A stretch of 64,000 nt of DNA from Blastocladiella emersonii ATCC 22665. Taxonomy: Eukaryota > Fungi > Blastocladiomycota. How positions within the stretch are numbered: position 1 is the first letter of the stretch; every line of letters starts with the position of its first letter. The stretch lies in assembly GCA_025594325.1 (NCBI GenBank), contig JANHCV010000003.1, forward strand, positions 1,984,001-2,048,000, read 5' to 3'. Position numbers and translations under genes: made by a program. This document shows, piece after piece, positions 47,554-59,689 of this stretch. The notes beneath the pieces were generated by a model, which was not told the DNA's origin, ran no database searches, and saw nothing but the letters and a program-made list of their open reading frames with translations.

Positions 47554-48518
47554 CTACAGCTCGGCAGTGGTGGTCTCGGTGTAGTGGCTGCGTACCCACT
47601 GCTCGGCCTCCATGACGGGCGGGTGAGGGAGCCCGCGCGGCACGTCGCTGATGTCCTGGACCTCCTCGAGCAGGGCGGCGTCAATCGTCTCGTTGCCCGT
47701 CGTCGACCGGTCATGATGGTGGTGATGATGGTGGTGCGACGCCGACGTCGGCCGCGCAATCGGCGTGCCGTACCGCTCGAACCCGGCACCCGAGTCGGCG
47801 TGGCGCACCGAGACCATGGCCTCCTCGCCCGGGATCAGCGTGGTGGCGGCCGACGACGCGGCGCCCCCGCCCTCGGTCGTGGTCTGCGTCACCGTGATGG
47901 TCGTCGACGACAGGTGCTCCATGTCGAGCGCCTCGCCGGCGTGCGCGCCCGCCTGGTGGATCGACGTCGCGTGCGGCATGTGCGGCTCGCGCGGCGGCAC
48001 GACTTCGTGCGCCACGTCGGCCGCGTGCGGGATGTGGTGGTGCGGGTGCGCGAAGGCCGGGTTGGTCTCCCAGCTCGGGCGGTCAAACTAGGTCGCGGGG
48101 AGGGGGAACGAGCGGTCAGCCGACGTCGGGTCGGTAGCGCGAGAGAGCGAGGCATGCGTACCTCGTACAGGTGGTGCGTCGGGCGGCCGAACAGCGTGCG
48201 GTGGGCCTTGGACGGCACGTAGCGCAGGTGGTGCGTCTCGGCGATGACGTGGTCGTCCTGCATCGGGCTACGCACAGGCACGGTGCGCGGAGCGCGAGTG
48301 TCAGCGCGCACCGTCACGTTCGCGAACCGCGTCAACGCGTACTCGGGCAGGCCCTCGGGGAAGCGGTGCGGGACCGGCGTGATCATGTCGCCGCCGGCGT
48401 GATGCGGTTCGTGATGATGGTGGCGGCCCGAGTGCGTGGTCGTGGTCGCGGCGGCGGCGGCCGCGCGCTCGCGCTCCTTGGTCTTGGAGCGGCCGAACGA
48501 GCCCGGGAAGTGATGCAT
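47554..48518 (-). CDS. Hypothetical His-rich protein
   Basis: Two exons (intron 48161-48088) joined in frame; poly-His tracts; coding-like codon bias; no family recognised. Confidence 0.6.
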
Positions 48519-49037
48519 GGTGGTGGTGGTCGCGGTGGTGCGTGTAGGCGACGCAGCGGAGCGAGGGCAAGAGGGGCGGCAGAGGGCGCGCCAGAGCTTT
48601 ATACGCGTGCCCGAGCGGGAAGGTGCGCCTCTAAGCCGATCGCGGCCGAACCCGTACGGTGCGCAGCGTGGCCGCGCCGCGGGCGGTGATGGCCGCGAGA
48701 CCCCGTGCGCGGTGTGGCCGGATCGGGGCGGGGTGGCAGGGCGTGGGCGCACGCGGTCACGCGGTCACGCGTTTGAGCGACGCGTCTCGCACTTTTGCCC
48801 GCCAAGCGTGCGAGACACGCGATGCCTGGGCGACTAGGACAATACACGCTGCGTGATGATGGAGCCAACCATGATAATCAAGTGTTCCCACCTGCTGCAA
48901 CCGCTCAACCTGCATGGATCCTCCTCCGTGTCCCCCACGGCCGAGCACCGACGCCGCCACTCGCTGCTGCCGCTTCGAGCGATCCTGACGCGGACAGGAG
49001 ACCAACCTCTTTGTCCACCGACACCGACATCGTCACC

Positions 49038-51438
49038 ATGCACACCGTCGTCGTCGCTCGCGCCCCACCACCACCCGCCTCGCGGCCGCTCCTCCCGACC
49101 TCAGCCCCGCTCCCGCCCTCGCCGCACCGGCCGCACCTGCCCGCCATCGCCATGGAGCTGCACCCGACGATCCTGCGGCCTGCGCTCGGCGCCGACCACG
49201 TGCACCGCGTCGAGGCTGCGTCGTCGCGCCTCCCCGTCCCGCTCGCCCAGGCCATGCGCGCACGCCTGCCCGACCTGACCGCCGCCGACCTGTCGTCGCG
49301 CAGCCTGCGCCGGCGGGGCCGTGGCGGCGACGGGAGCGTTGACTTTCTCGGGATCTGCCAGTCGTCGTCGTCGCTCCCGCCGCCCGCCGCCGCGGCCACA
49401 GACCTGCGCGGCGTCACCGAATACGTCCAGCTGCCGTCGCTCATCCCCGTCACCCAGCCGAGCGCGCTGGCGATGGCAAGGCTTCGGCTCGGTTACCAGT
49501 CGCGGTCCGTCGCGGCCCCGGAGGCGGGCACGACGGCACCGGTCTCGCGGCGGAAACGCAGACGGTCGCGCCCGCCCCCGACGCAGCAGCCGAAACCGAC
49601 GGTGGCCGACTCGGCAGCGGTGGCCGCCGAGGCCGAGGTCAGCGAGGTACAGCCGGCATCGGCGGGCGACGTCACGGCCGCGCTGCGCGAGGTCCTCCCG
49701 CTCGACAGCGGGCCCGACGCGGCGCCCGACCCGCCGCGCGCTGACGATCCCGCTGCCGACGCACCACCACCGTCCGGCCCGTCCACGGCCTCGGTCGTCC
49801 CCGTCCCTGGTCTACCCCGCCCGACGTCGGCCTCCGCGTCGCGCCTGCTCGGCACCTCGCAGTCCAAACTCGCCGCCGTCGCCGGCAGCTCGCGGCCATC
49901 GAGCGGTGCGGCCCGCCCGGTCCCGCTCAGCCGGCCCGTCTCGGCACGGCACATCCCGCCCGCCGTCATGGCCGTGGCAGGCTCCGCGTCGCACCTCCAG
50001 TCGCGCCCGCAGAGCGGGTCGGTCCTGCGCCAGGTCTCGACTGCCGCGGCCGATGTCGATGTGCTGCCGGTGCCTGTGGGCGAGGAGTCCATCGTTGCGG
50101 CGGTGCCCTCGCCCTCACCGCCGCCACCTCCGCCGCAGGTGGCATCCCCGCCGCTGCAAGCGCCCAAGACGCTCAGCGTGTACAACGTCCTGACGAACCA
50201 CGGGTGGCAGAAGAAGCGTACGCTCCCCACACCCACCTCCTCCTTTCCCTTGCCTTTACAACTAACCCTCTCCCGACGTAGTCCTGACCCAACCCCCCTC
50301 CGCGCCCGCGCCCGGCATCGCCGTCGAAGCGACGAGCGTGCGCGTGCTGCAGGAGATGGCCAACGGCGGCCTGTCTGGCCCGAACCTGCCCGCCATGGTC
50401 CCGCTCCCGCTCTCGCGCGCGACGCGCCAGCGGTACACGGCGCCCGCCGACACGCCCTCGCTGCGCGCCGCGTACCGCGCGGCGGCGCGCGGGCAGCCGA
50501 GCGGGATGATCGGGCCCGCGGCTTCCGCTGACCCTGACCCCCTACCAACGCCGCCGAACCCGGCCCCGCGCTCCTTCACGATCCCCGTCGCCCGCGCCCC
50601 GCACGCGCGCCCGCACGAGCTGCCGGCCCCCGGCGACTCGCCCGTCCCGCTCCCCGGGACCCGCCCGCAGCGCGTCCGCGCGCTCCGCATGCACCACTCG
50701 GCGCTCGTCGCGGCGACGCTCCAGCCGGCAGTCAATGTCGGCGCGCCAACGGGGGCGGCGGCCGCGGCAGCGGCGAGGGTGCGCGACTTTCACGGCGTCC
50801 CGCTCGTCGTTAACGCGATCAATGCGCGGCTCGTGTGGGAGTCGATCGGACAGCGCGAGGGGATGGTGCTCGCGGTGCCGCCGGGCGAGATGGCGGCGGC
50901 GGAGGGCGCGGTGGAGCGAGGCGAGGCCGTGGAAGAGAGGGAGCGGCCGCTCGCGCTCCCGGCCGAGGTGGCGGCCAGCGACCCGAGCCTGGTCCCGGCC
51001 ACGGTGGCCGTGTTCGCGGTGCCCGCGATGGCCATGGGCGCGCAGGCTGCGGCGGCGACGGGCGCAGGGACGCGGTCCAGGACATCATCAACACAGCACC
51101 ACCCTCCCGCGCCGCACCACCATGACCACGACGTCGAGGTCCCGCACCGCGACGACACGCCCACACCACCACCCCCGGCCGCCGCCCCCTCGCCAACGGG
51201 CGCCGCCGACGAGGACGGCGAAGTGAACCTGCACGAGGTGCACTTTGGCCCGGTCCCGCCGGCCTCGACACCGGCAGCCGCTTCGCGCGTGGCCACGGCC
51301 GCCGCCGCTGGGGCCGCGTCTCGCATCGCGTCGTCGTCGGTGAGCCGGCCGGTCACGCGGCAGCGGGCCATGGTGGGTTCCGCGCTCGCGGCGGCGGCGG
51401 CGGGGTCGCGGCCGAGTTCGAGGCAGCAGCCGCAGTAG
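49038..51438 (+). CDS. Hypothetical Pro/Ala/Ser-rich protein
   Basis: Intron gtacgc...actaac...gtag (about 50218-50281) joins ORF 48795-frame to ORF 50338-frame. Confidence 0.6.
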
Positions 51439-51666
51439 ACGGAGATGTAAGAATGGAAAGTACATAATGAAATATCGAGGCAGCATCGGCGGCGGCGGGC
51501 CGGCGGGCGGGGCGGGTGATGGTGGTGGAGGGCAGAGATTTACACAAGAGGAAGGTCGGCACCGACCCACGGCGTGCGCGCGCGCGTGCTGCGTGAGGTA
51601 CAAGAGAAAGACACCCTAGGAGAGACGAACGAGAGAAGCGGCAAAGAGATAAGGAAGGGAGAGGAA

Positions 51667-52104
51667 TCAGGGCTTGGCCTGCTCGGAGCTGCTGCCGCCC
51701 GTGACGAGCGGAACTAGATGGTGATGATGGCGCGCGTGATGCGTGAGCGTGTGCGGAACACCCGTAGCGAGCTAAGCGAACATACGGATGATGGCGAGCA
51801 GGACGGCAATGACGACGAGGGCGATGATGATCTTGAGCTTCATGTTCTTCCACCACATCTGCTTGCGGACCTTGGTGGCGCCGCGGCGGAACTGGCCGGC
51901 CGAGTGGTTGAGGTCCTCGGTCTTGTTCTGCAGCGTGTCGAGGCGCTCGCCGCGCTCCATGACCTTCTCGATGTTCTGCTGCATGATGCCGACCACCTCG
52001 TTGACCTGGTTCTGGATGGCCGACGTCTTGCCGTTGCCGGCCGCGCCGCCCTGCTGCTGCCCGCCCGCGGGGCTCGTGTTGCCGGCAAAGGGGACCGAGG
52101 ACAT
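51667..52104 (-). CDS. SNC1: Synaptobrevin/VAMP R-SNARE
   Basis: QVNEVVGIMQQNIEKVMERGERLDTLQNKTEDL...F...ATKVRKQMWWKNMK plus TM; an intron within the TM end restores IILPLV...*. Confidence 0.92.
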
Positions 52105-52604
52105 GGTGGTGGTGGTGGCTGAAGGGGTTGATGGAAGCTACACGCGCGCGGCACGCTGCGTGTGAGCCAACGGCCTAGGGCGTGTGGGGTGCGATGGTTG
52201 CTGCAGCACGCCAAGGACGAGCGTCGCATGCGCCGAGCCTTGGCGCGCAGCAGCAGCAGCAACCGCAGAGTGCGCAAGAGGAGGGGACCGACCTCGCGAG
52301 GCGTCGAGTGCGTGGGAAGCGGGTGTGCGGCGAGGCGTTGCACACAGTCGGGCGGATGCTACGGCGTTATCCGAGGCGCGAGATACGTCGTAGTGGGTGC
52401 GTTGGCGGGAGCGCGGATGGGCGGCGGAAGGGACCGCCGTTCAAGAAGGGGAGCAGGAACGCCCAGCCCTGCCGCCCCTTCATCGCGTCACGCGCGCGCC
52501 ACCGCCGCTCCGCTGCGACCGCGCCCGCCCGCCCTCTCTCCTCCCCGCCCCCTCGCATTCGAGACAGACCACGCACTCGCCCTAAACGACTCGATGCACT
52601 CGCC

Positions 52605-55188
52605 ATGGACTCTCCCAAACCACCCACGAGCGCCGTAGCGGACCCCGTTGCGCCGGCGCGCGCGATCACGGACCACGCCGTGCTCTCGGCGAGCCTGCCG
52701 GCGCCGCCCGCCGTGATGCGCGCCGAGGTCGTCAAGGCGCTCGACAACCTGCACCGCACCGTCACCGCCTTCCGCAAGTCGTACGCGAAGCGCGCCCCGC
52801 TGGTCGCCACCATCCTCGCCACCCCGCGCGGACCCGGCGCGGCGGGCCCGCCGCTGCTCGTCCACGCGAGGTCGGTCGAGCTGTCCTTCTCGCGCCGCCA
52901 CCTCTTCCCCGTCCACTTCGCCGCCGCCCTCGCGTCGTGGTTCTGGTTCGCGTCGCTGCTGCCGCTCCCTGCACCCGCCGCCGCGGCTGGGTCCAGCTCC
53001 ACGGCACCATTGCGTCCTGCCGCGGCAGTGGACGACGCGTGGATCTCGGTCAAACCGGACCCGGCGCAGACGGTTGGGCTCGCCGCGGACATCATGGTCC
53101 GCGACGCCAGCGGGTGGACCGTGCTGCACTTTGCCGTCCTCGCCGACGTGCAGGAGTGGACCCGGTTCGCAGCCACGTATCCCGCCGACGCGCACTCCCG
53201 ATACGTGCCGCGGTTCACGCAGCGCGCGCTCGCCGCCGTCCCCGCGCCGCACCGCCACGGCCTGCTCCACGCCAAGACCAACGACCTCGACCGGCTCACC
53301 GCGCTCGACCTCGCCGTCATCTTCGACTGCCTGCCCGTCGTGCGCCACCTGCTCGGCTTCAAGTCCCTCGTCGCCGCCGGCCCGCCGCCGCACCACGCCG
53401 TCTACTACGCCCAGTCGCGCGAGATGCTCGGCCTCCTCCTCGCGTGCCCGACCATCGCCGACGCCGTGAAACCCTTCACCTGGCTCGCCCACCTCCAGGC
53501 TCCGCCCGCCGCCGCGCCCGACATGCTCGCCCGCTGGATCGACCGCGGCGCGCTCGACGGGCTCGACCACCCCGAGGTCGTCGCCGTTTACCTCAGCCGC
53601 CTGTCGCGGCGCGCCAAGTCCGACGACCCCGACGAGGCGCGCGCCGCCGCCGCCATGTCGATCCAGATCCTCACCGCCACGTCCACGGCGCTGTGCGCGG
53701 CGGCTGCTGCTGCTCCGCCGGCGGCGGTGCCTGCATCGAATATCCCGACCCCGCCGCCAGTGAGCCAGCCGTCGTCGCCTACCTCGCCGCAGGCGCAGGA
53801 AGGGCAGCAGCAGCGCCCACCACCCGAAGCCGGGTCCGCGCTCGCGCCAACAACGAAGTCGCCGCGCCTCCGGCTCCGTCTACCCCCTGCCGCACCAGAA
53901 CCGGCACCAACCGTCGCTCCAGCGCCCACGTCCCCACCGCCAGCAGCGCACGCGCACGCTCACCCGCACGCGTACGCCGCCCTCTCGCCAGACACCCCCG
54001 CGCCGCTCGCCATCTTCGCGTGCCCGGTCCCGGCGTGCGTCGGCCGCACCTGGATCTACACCACCTTCATGCAGCACCTGTACGGGCACTGCCACCCGCC
54101 CTACAACGACCAGCCCCTCAACTGCGCCCAGTGCGGGACCCGGTTCCCGGACATCTCCGCGTTCCTGGCCCACGTCGCCAACCAGCACTTTGCCGCCCGA
54201 TGCGTCGTCTGCAACATCAACCTCGACTCGGCGGCCGAGGCGGCGGCCCACGCCAACGCGCACGCGAGCGCCATGGTCCTGGCGCCCGCACACGCTCCCG
54301 CGCACGCACACGGTGGGGTTCAGTCACCTCCGCGCGCGCACGCGCCCGCTCACGCTCAAGCGCACGGCGGAGCTCCACCACCCCCACACCCGCACACGCA
54401 CGCGCATGCGCCGTCGCCGCGGCTCAACCCGACCGTGCCTGACGCTGCTCCCGCCCCTTCGGCGGGCGCCGCAGCCCAGCCGAACAACGTGCGTTTCCCG
54501 GTCCCGCTGACGCGGCAGGCGACTCTGTTCGCGGCGCTCGACGCGTGCCACGCCGAGCTCGCCACCCTCGACAGCGCCATGGAGCACTACCGCAACCAGC
54601 CCGCCCTGCACGTCGCGCAAGCGGACGAGCACGAGCGCATGGTGCAGCGGTGGAAGACCTATGTACGCTCACGCCCGCGTCTCGTGTCGTCGCGCCATGA
54701 ACTGACCCGGTGACCTCGTGTAGCACCACACACTTGCCAACCAGGCCGAACTGCTCAAGGAGTCCATGACCAGCCTCAACGAGAGCCAGATGGAGATCCT
54801 CCGCGACGCGATCCGCGCGTCCGCACGGGCTGTCGAGAACATCATTGATACGGGCCTCGAGCGTACCGCGCAAGCGCGAGCGGCCCAGGCGGCGGCAGCG
54901 GCCCAGCAGGCGGCGGCCCAAGCGGCTGCAGCTGCACCATCATCACCACCACCTCTGCAGCCGCCCGCCGATCCGCCGCGGCAACAACAAAGGGCGTCGT
55001 CCTCCGCCGTCGAGGTCATCGTGGTCGATAGCGACGACGAAGACGACGAGGTCGAGGCGATGGACCAGGACGCGCCGCCGGCTGTCACAGCACCCGTCGT
55101 CGCGGAGGAGGATTCCAACTCGGACGACGAGATTGTGGTGATCGAGCGGCCCAATCAGCACAGACGACCCAACCGCCGATATGACTGA
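52605..55188 (+). CDS. Ankyrin-like repeats + three C2H2 zinc fingers + coiled coil + C-terminal SUMO-interacting-like motifs
   Basis: RDASGWTVLHFAV and DRLTALDLAV (ankyrin-like); CPVPAC..HLYGH, CAQC..HVANQH, CVVC..HANAH (C2H2); one intron near 54663-54723; VEVIVVDSDDED and DEIVVIE. Confidence 0.75.
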
Positions 55189-55878
55189 GATACACGCGCA
55201 TAATTTACTGCTGCAAGGCTGCGTCCGTGACGGGTTGAGGAAGGTGCGGCGGAGGAGGAGGTTCCGGCCTGGCGCTTCGACGCGTTTCGAAATCACGTTT
55301 CGAGAGACATCGCGCGAGGGCTGCGCCCTCCGTAGTCAACCGCGTCATGCTGCACAGCAGCGACCGTGCTTGTCGTGCCTTGAGGCGCGAGCGAGGGCGA
55401 GACAAGTCGCGACGCGCACGCCGACCGACCCCGCCGCCGTCGCTGCGGAGCGGACGTGCCTCCCGTCCTCCATCGCGCCGCGTCGCTCGCAGCGTGGACC
55501 TGTCGTCAACGCTGGCGCCGACTCGTCTCAGCCACGAGCGACCGTCGTGGCGCTGGGCGCCGGGGGAGACACAGCGAGGACGGCCAGCAGGCCGAGGATC
55601 AGAAGCTTCATGGTTTACGTCGTCGTGTTGCTGAGGAGCGAGGGCCGTTGACGGGCAGCGGACCGCGTCTTGGGCTTCGCTGGGTCGGCGATCACGTCAC
55701 CGCGTCGACGCGACCGGATCACGCGAGGCAGTCTTCCGTCTCGCCTGCGGGCGCCGTCGCCCAGCAACCGGTCACAGGACCGCCCGAAACCCCCAACACG
55801 ACCCTCCCCCCACTGCGCACGTATCAGCGCCGCTGCCCGCGACCCACCCTCGCATTCCATCCATCGCCATCGTCCGCA

Positions 55879-56268
55879 ATGTTAAACGCATACACACCTA
55901 CGGAAGACTACCACCCCAAGCTGCTGACCCTGGGCACCCAGGCCTACTACCGGTCCCTGCCGACGGCCGGGCTCACTCCTGCCGCACACGCCATCATGCG
56001 GCGCGCTTCCGACCACACCGCCCAGTACCTGCGCGCACGGGCCGCTCAGCGCGAGCGCGAGCACCCGCGCCTACCCGCCGACCGCGCGCGCCCTGCCGCC
56101 GCCGCCGCCGTTGCCACCGCCGCCGCCGTCGCTGCCGCCCCATCCGCGCGCACCAAGGCCGCGACCGAAAAGACCAAGAGGACCAAGGCCAAGGCCCGCA
56201 CCAAGGCGAGAGCAAGGCGTCGGCTGCGGCGCCTTGCTCTCGCAACGCTCTCCCCCCACTCCTCTTGA
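55879..56268 (+). CDS. Hypothetical small basic protein
   Basis: ORF from MLNAYTPTEDY with a Lys/Arg-rich tail; no homology recognised. Confidence 0.4.
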   Translation: MLNAYTPTEDYHPKLLTLGTQAYYRSLPTAGLTPAAHAIMRRASDHTAQYLRARAAQREREHPRLPADRARPAAAAAVATAAAVAAAPSARTKAATEKTKRTKAKARTKARARRRLRRLALATLSPHSS

Positions 56269-56718
56269 CCGCAATCGAACGCATGCATCTGATGAACTGA
56301 CTTGCCGCAACGGAGTAAATCTTGCATTTCCTCAACTTTGGCCAGCCCTGCGGCTGAATGCCGATCAAGCCTTCGCTCAGCGGTGACTTGCCGATGAATT
56401 GAACGAGCGTGCATGCCTTCGCCGCGGTGCTGCAATGCTTGTGCGCCTCCCCTTCTCTCACCCCGCCGCGACTTTCACGCAATGAAAGTTCAAGTACACG
56501 TGACCGCGTTGCGCCACAGTCACCGGACGTGTGCGACCCCGCCCGCGTCACGCGCGTCACGCGCACCGCGCCGATCTCCTTTGTCATCGCCGCGGACCGC
56601 CTCACCTCACCGAGCGACGCGTCGGCCCGCTCACATCGGACGACGCGCCTCCGCATCCCCTCTCTCTCTTGTTCCTTTGACCAGTTGCTAGTATTAGCCA
56701 CCACATACAGCCTGTTGT

Positions 56719-56793
56719 CCTCTCGTGAACCTCCTCACCGTCTCCTCTTGTGAACCTCTTCACCGTCCCCTCTTGTGAACCTCTTCACCGCCT
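56719..56793. repeat. 25-bp tandem repeat x3 with internal palindrome GTGAA-CCTC-TTCAC
   Basis: cctctcgtgaacctcctcaccgtct / cctcttgtgaacctcttcaccgtcc / cctcttgtgaacctcttcaccgcct; no spacers. Confidence 0.9.
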
Positions 56794-56894
56794 CGATCTT
56801 CATCTCCGCCAAGATCGCACGTCAATCGTGCCGAGCTTCCTCCCAGTCGAGTACGCTTCAACTATGAATAGCTCTACGAATCATTTCTCGCAAG

Positions 56895-57730
56895 TCGCCT
56901 AGTTTCACATTGCCTCTCGAGGTATATGAGTCCATCCTCAAGTTTGCGGCCCGCTCGCTCGTGTCCAAACTCCCGCCAATCCCGCCTTCCTGCACATGCA
57001 TCGACGCTTATCAAGACGTTGGATTTGGTCCTCCTCCCGTGTCCGGTCTCGTGTGAAGAGGTGGGAGTACGTGTCCGTGTCCGCGCAGCTACGTCAGTTT
57101 CTGAACGTATCACGCGGGTTGCACCGGGTCCGCCGTATCGTCATGGACTACACGCCGGAGATGCAGCTTTTCCACATTCTCTACAACGATCAGCTTGACA
57201 GGCTCAAGCTGTACTTGCAATTGCCGACGCTCCGTCGGCCGGCGGACGAAGTTTACATTTTTTGCAAGGGGATGTTGACACTTTGCAGGCGCCGAGGATC
57301 AACCATCCCTGTCTTCCTTTTCAACAATCCGATCGCAATATTCCCGAGAGCGATACTGCGAGTCCTGTGCGCTTCGCGTCCTCGCCTCGCTCATTGACAC
57401 AGTGAGCGCGCAGGGTCATACCGATGTCCTGCGCTGGCTTTTCAAGTACTTTCCAAGTACTCTCCAAACTCGCTTCGGTAAAGCACAGACGCCCTGGACA
57501 ACGCACTTATCTTCGGTCGGAATGGAGTGGTCAGCTGGTGGCTTTTCGAATCAACTCTGCCGCTCAAGTACAATCACATCGCCATTGATGTCGCCAAGTG
57601 CACTGGGCGCTACGAAACGCTCAAGCTGTGGGCGAAATTTCGCGCGCAACCGGCGCGGCCACGCCTTGGATGAGCCGCGCGCGCGCGTCTTGCAATTGTC
57701 GTGTTTTCCGTGGGTCGGATACGGATAGCC
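56895..57730 (+). pseudogene. F-box-like + ankyrin-repeat family pseudogene
   Basis: FTLPLEVYESILKFA (F-box-like); then, across stops and frameshifts, SAQGHTDVLRW and DALDNALIFGRNGVVSWWLFESTLPLKYNHIAIDVAKCTGRYETLKLW. The region is visibly more AT-rich than its neighbours. Confidence 0.6.
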
Positions 57731-57794
57731 CTCCAGTACCTCGCACACGATACATATAATACTCAGTTTCATGAATTCCTCCTTCGTTGCTCGC

Positions 57795-59304
57795 TCAAAC
57801 CACTACGGCGGAAGTAGCGCACGCGTCGACCGCCAGGTCCACAATCGGGCGCCCACACTCGCGCAGCCACACCTGGCGCTGGACGTACGCCGAGTACGTC
57901 GACTTGGCGGTCCCGATGAACCGGGTCCCGGCTCCCGCAACCAGCCCGTCGACGATATCTGGCGAGAAGTTCAGCGACGACGAGGTGCCGGTTTCCGCGG
58001 TTCCCGCTGCCGCTGTTGTTGTACTCGACGCGGGCGCCGCGGCCTTGCGCACCTGGTCGAGCGTCCACGTACACGGGTACCGCGCGAACAGCGGGCCGAG
58101 GACCGACGCGGACTCGGGATGGCGCAGGTCCGTGGCGAGGTAAATGAGCTGCCGCCGCTGGCCGACCGATGCGTGGACGGGACGAGGGCACATGGAATCG
58201 AGCGCTACAAGGGTTGCGCGCGAGCGAGTCAGTTCTGCACGCGTCGCGTCCCTGTCGTTGCGAAATTAACGCACCTGGTCCGCTTTCGGGAAGCGCGTCG
58301 AGCTGCGCGATGATTGCGGTGACCGTCGAGGCGAGGTTGTCGTCGAACCCGCCGTCGCCCGCGCGGACGTGAACCCCGATGTACGCGCCTGCGCCGCCGA
58401 GGAACTGGATCGCGGAATCTCCTGCAGCTCGATTCGCTTCACTACATCGCGTCGGAGAGCGTCAGCACCACAGTCAAGACAACCGGAATCGAGTCGAACA
58501 AACGAACCTCACAACGCGCCGCGACGTGAACTCGAGCACCGTCTCGCGCAGCCCCACATTCTTCGGATCACGGAGCGCGAGCCGCTTCGAGCCGAACATG
58601 GACCCGAACACCATGACCGCCTCATCGCGCTCCCGCATCGCCTTGGCGCTCAAGAGCGACGCGAACTGCGGGTCGAGCACCGCCCCATCGACCGGCCCGT
58701 CCGTGATCTGGTACTCGTACCGCTGCACGTCCGCGACGAGGACCACGCCGCTTGCCGGCCGCGGTTGCGCGACGGGCATCCGGCGCGGCGGGAGGGGCTG
58801 CGGGACGGGTTTGAGTCCGAGCCACGGCTCGAGGTACGTGAAGTTGGCCTGGAACGAGGCGACGCGCACGCCCGTGTCGCGGTGCAGCTTCGGCCAGTCG
58901 TACTCGGCCTCCCACGACGTGAGCTGGTCGGGCGGGAGCTCGCGGAGCTGCTGCAGGAGGACCGGGAACGACCGGTGCGGCAGCGGCGAGTGCGCGACGA
59001 TGCGCGGCGGGACGACGAGGTCGCGGTCGAGGAGGTGGGCGAGCACGATGGCGTTCTCGAGCGCGATCCGCTGGTTGTGGTAGCCCGAGTGCGGGAGGTA
59101 GGACACGGTGCGACGGTGGCGCGGATGGTGACTCGCTGCGCGGGGCGCATGTGGTGGAGGCGTGGATTCCTGAGCGTCGGCAATCGAGCTGCCCATGCCC
59201 GAGAGCAGCTGGAAGACCACGAGCGTCGTGATGAGCAGGAGCGCGACGGTCAGCCACCGCGGCAGACCGGTCCGACGGCCGAGGAGGGCATAAGCAAGTT
59301 TCAT
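57795..59304 (-). CDS. GDP-fucose O-fucosyltransferase-like (O-FucT/CigA-like) type II membrane glycosyltransferase
   Basis: N-terminal TM; YLPHSGYHNQRIALENA; spliced YIGVHVRAGDGGF; LIYLATD; FIGTAKSTYSAY; two introns. Confidence 0.8.
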
Positions 59305-59689
59305 GGTGTCTAGAGCTGTACTGCTTGCATCAAGTGGGGGCGGTGTGCGGTCGTTTGCTTGTCCGAAACGAGCAGGTGGAAAGTGATCGTCGCACACGCG
59401 TGGGCGCAGGCGCAGGCGCGGTGCAGCGGGAGACGCGTTCCGCGAGAACGCGCCCAAAACGCGTCAAGAGAGGACGCGTCAGATATCACGTGACCGGTGC
59501 GAGACACGCGAGACAGTGTCTCCAGCTGCAGCCCACACGCTCAAAGAGGTAGGCATGGATCCCGGCGGAGTAAGAGGATCAAAGAGAACGCAGATGATAC
59601 GTCGCCGCGCCCATTTGACGCGAATCGCGCCATGGTCAAGATGTCGCAGCGGCAGCCCGTCCACCCCCGAATGCAGTCCAGCGGAAACC

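Noticed and set aside
56719-56793. CRISPR-like palindromic 25-bp repeats
   Set aside because: Units are directly adjacent with no spacers, there are no cas genes, and the context is eukaryotic.
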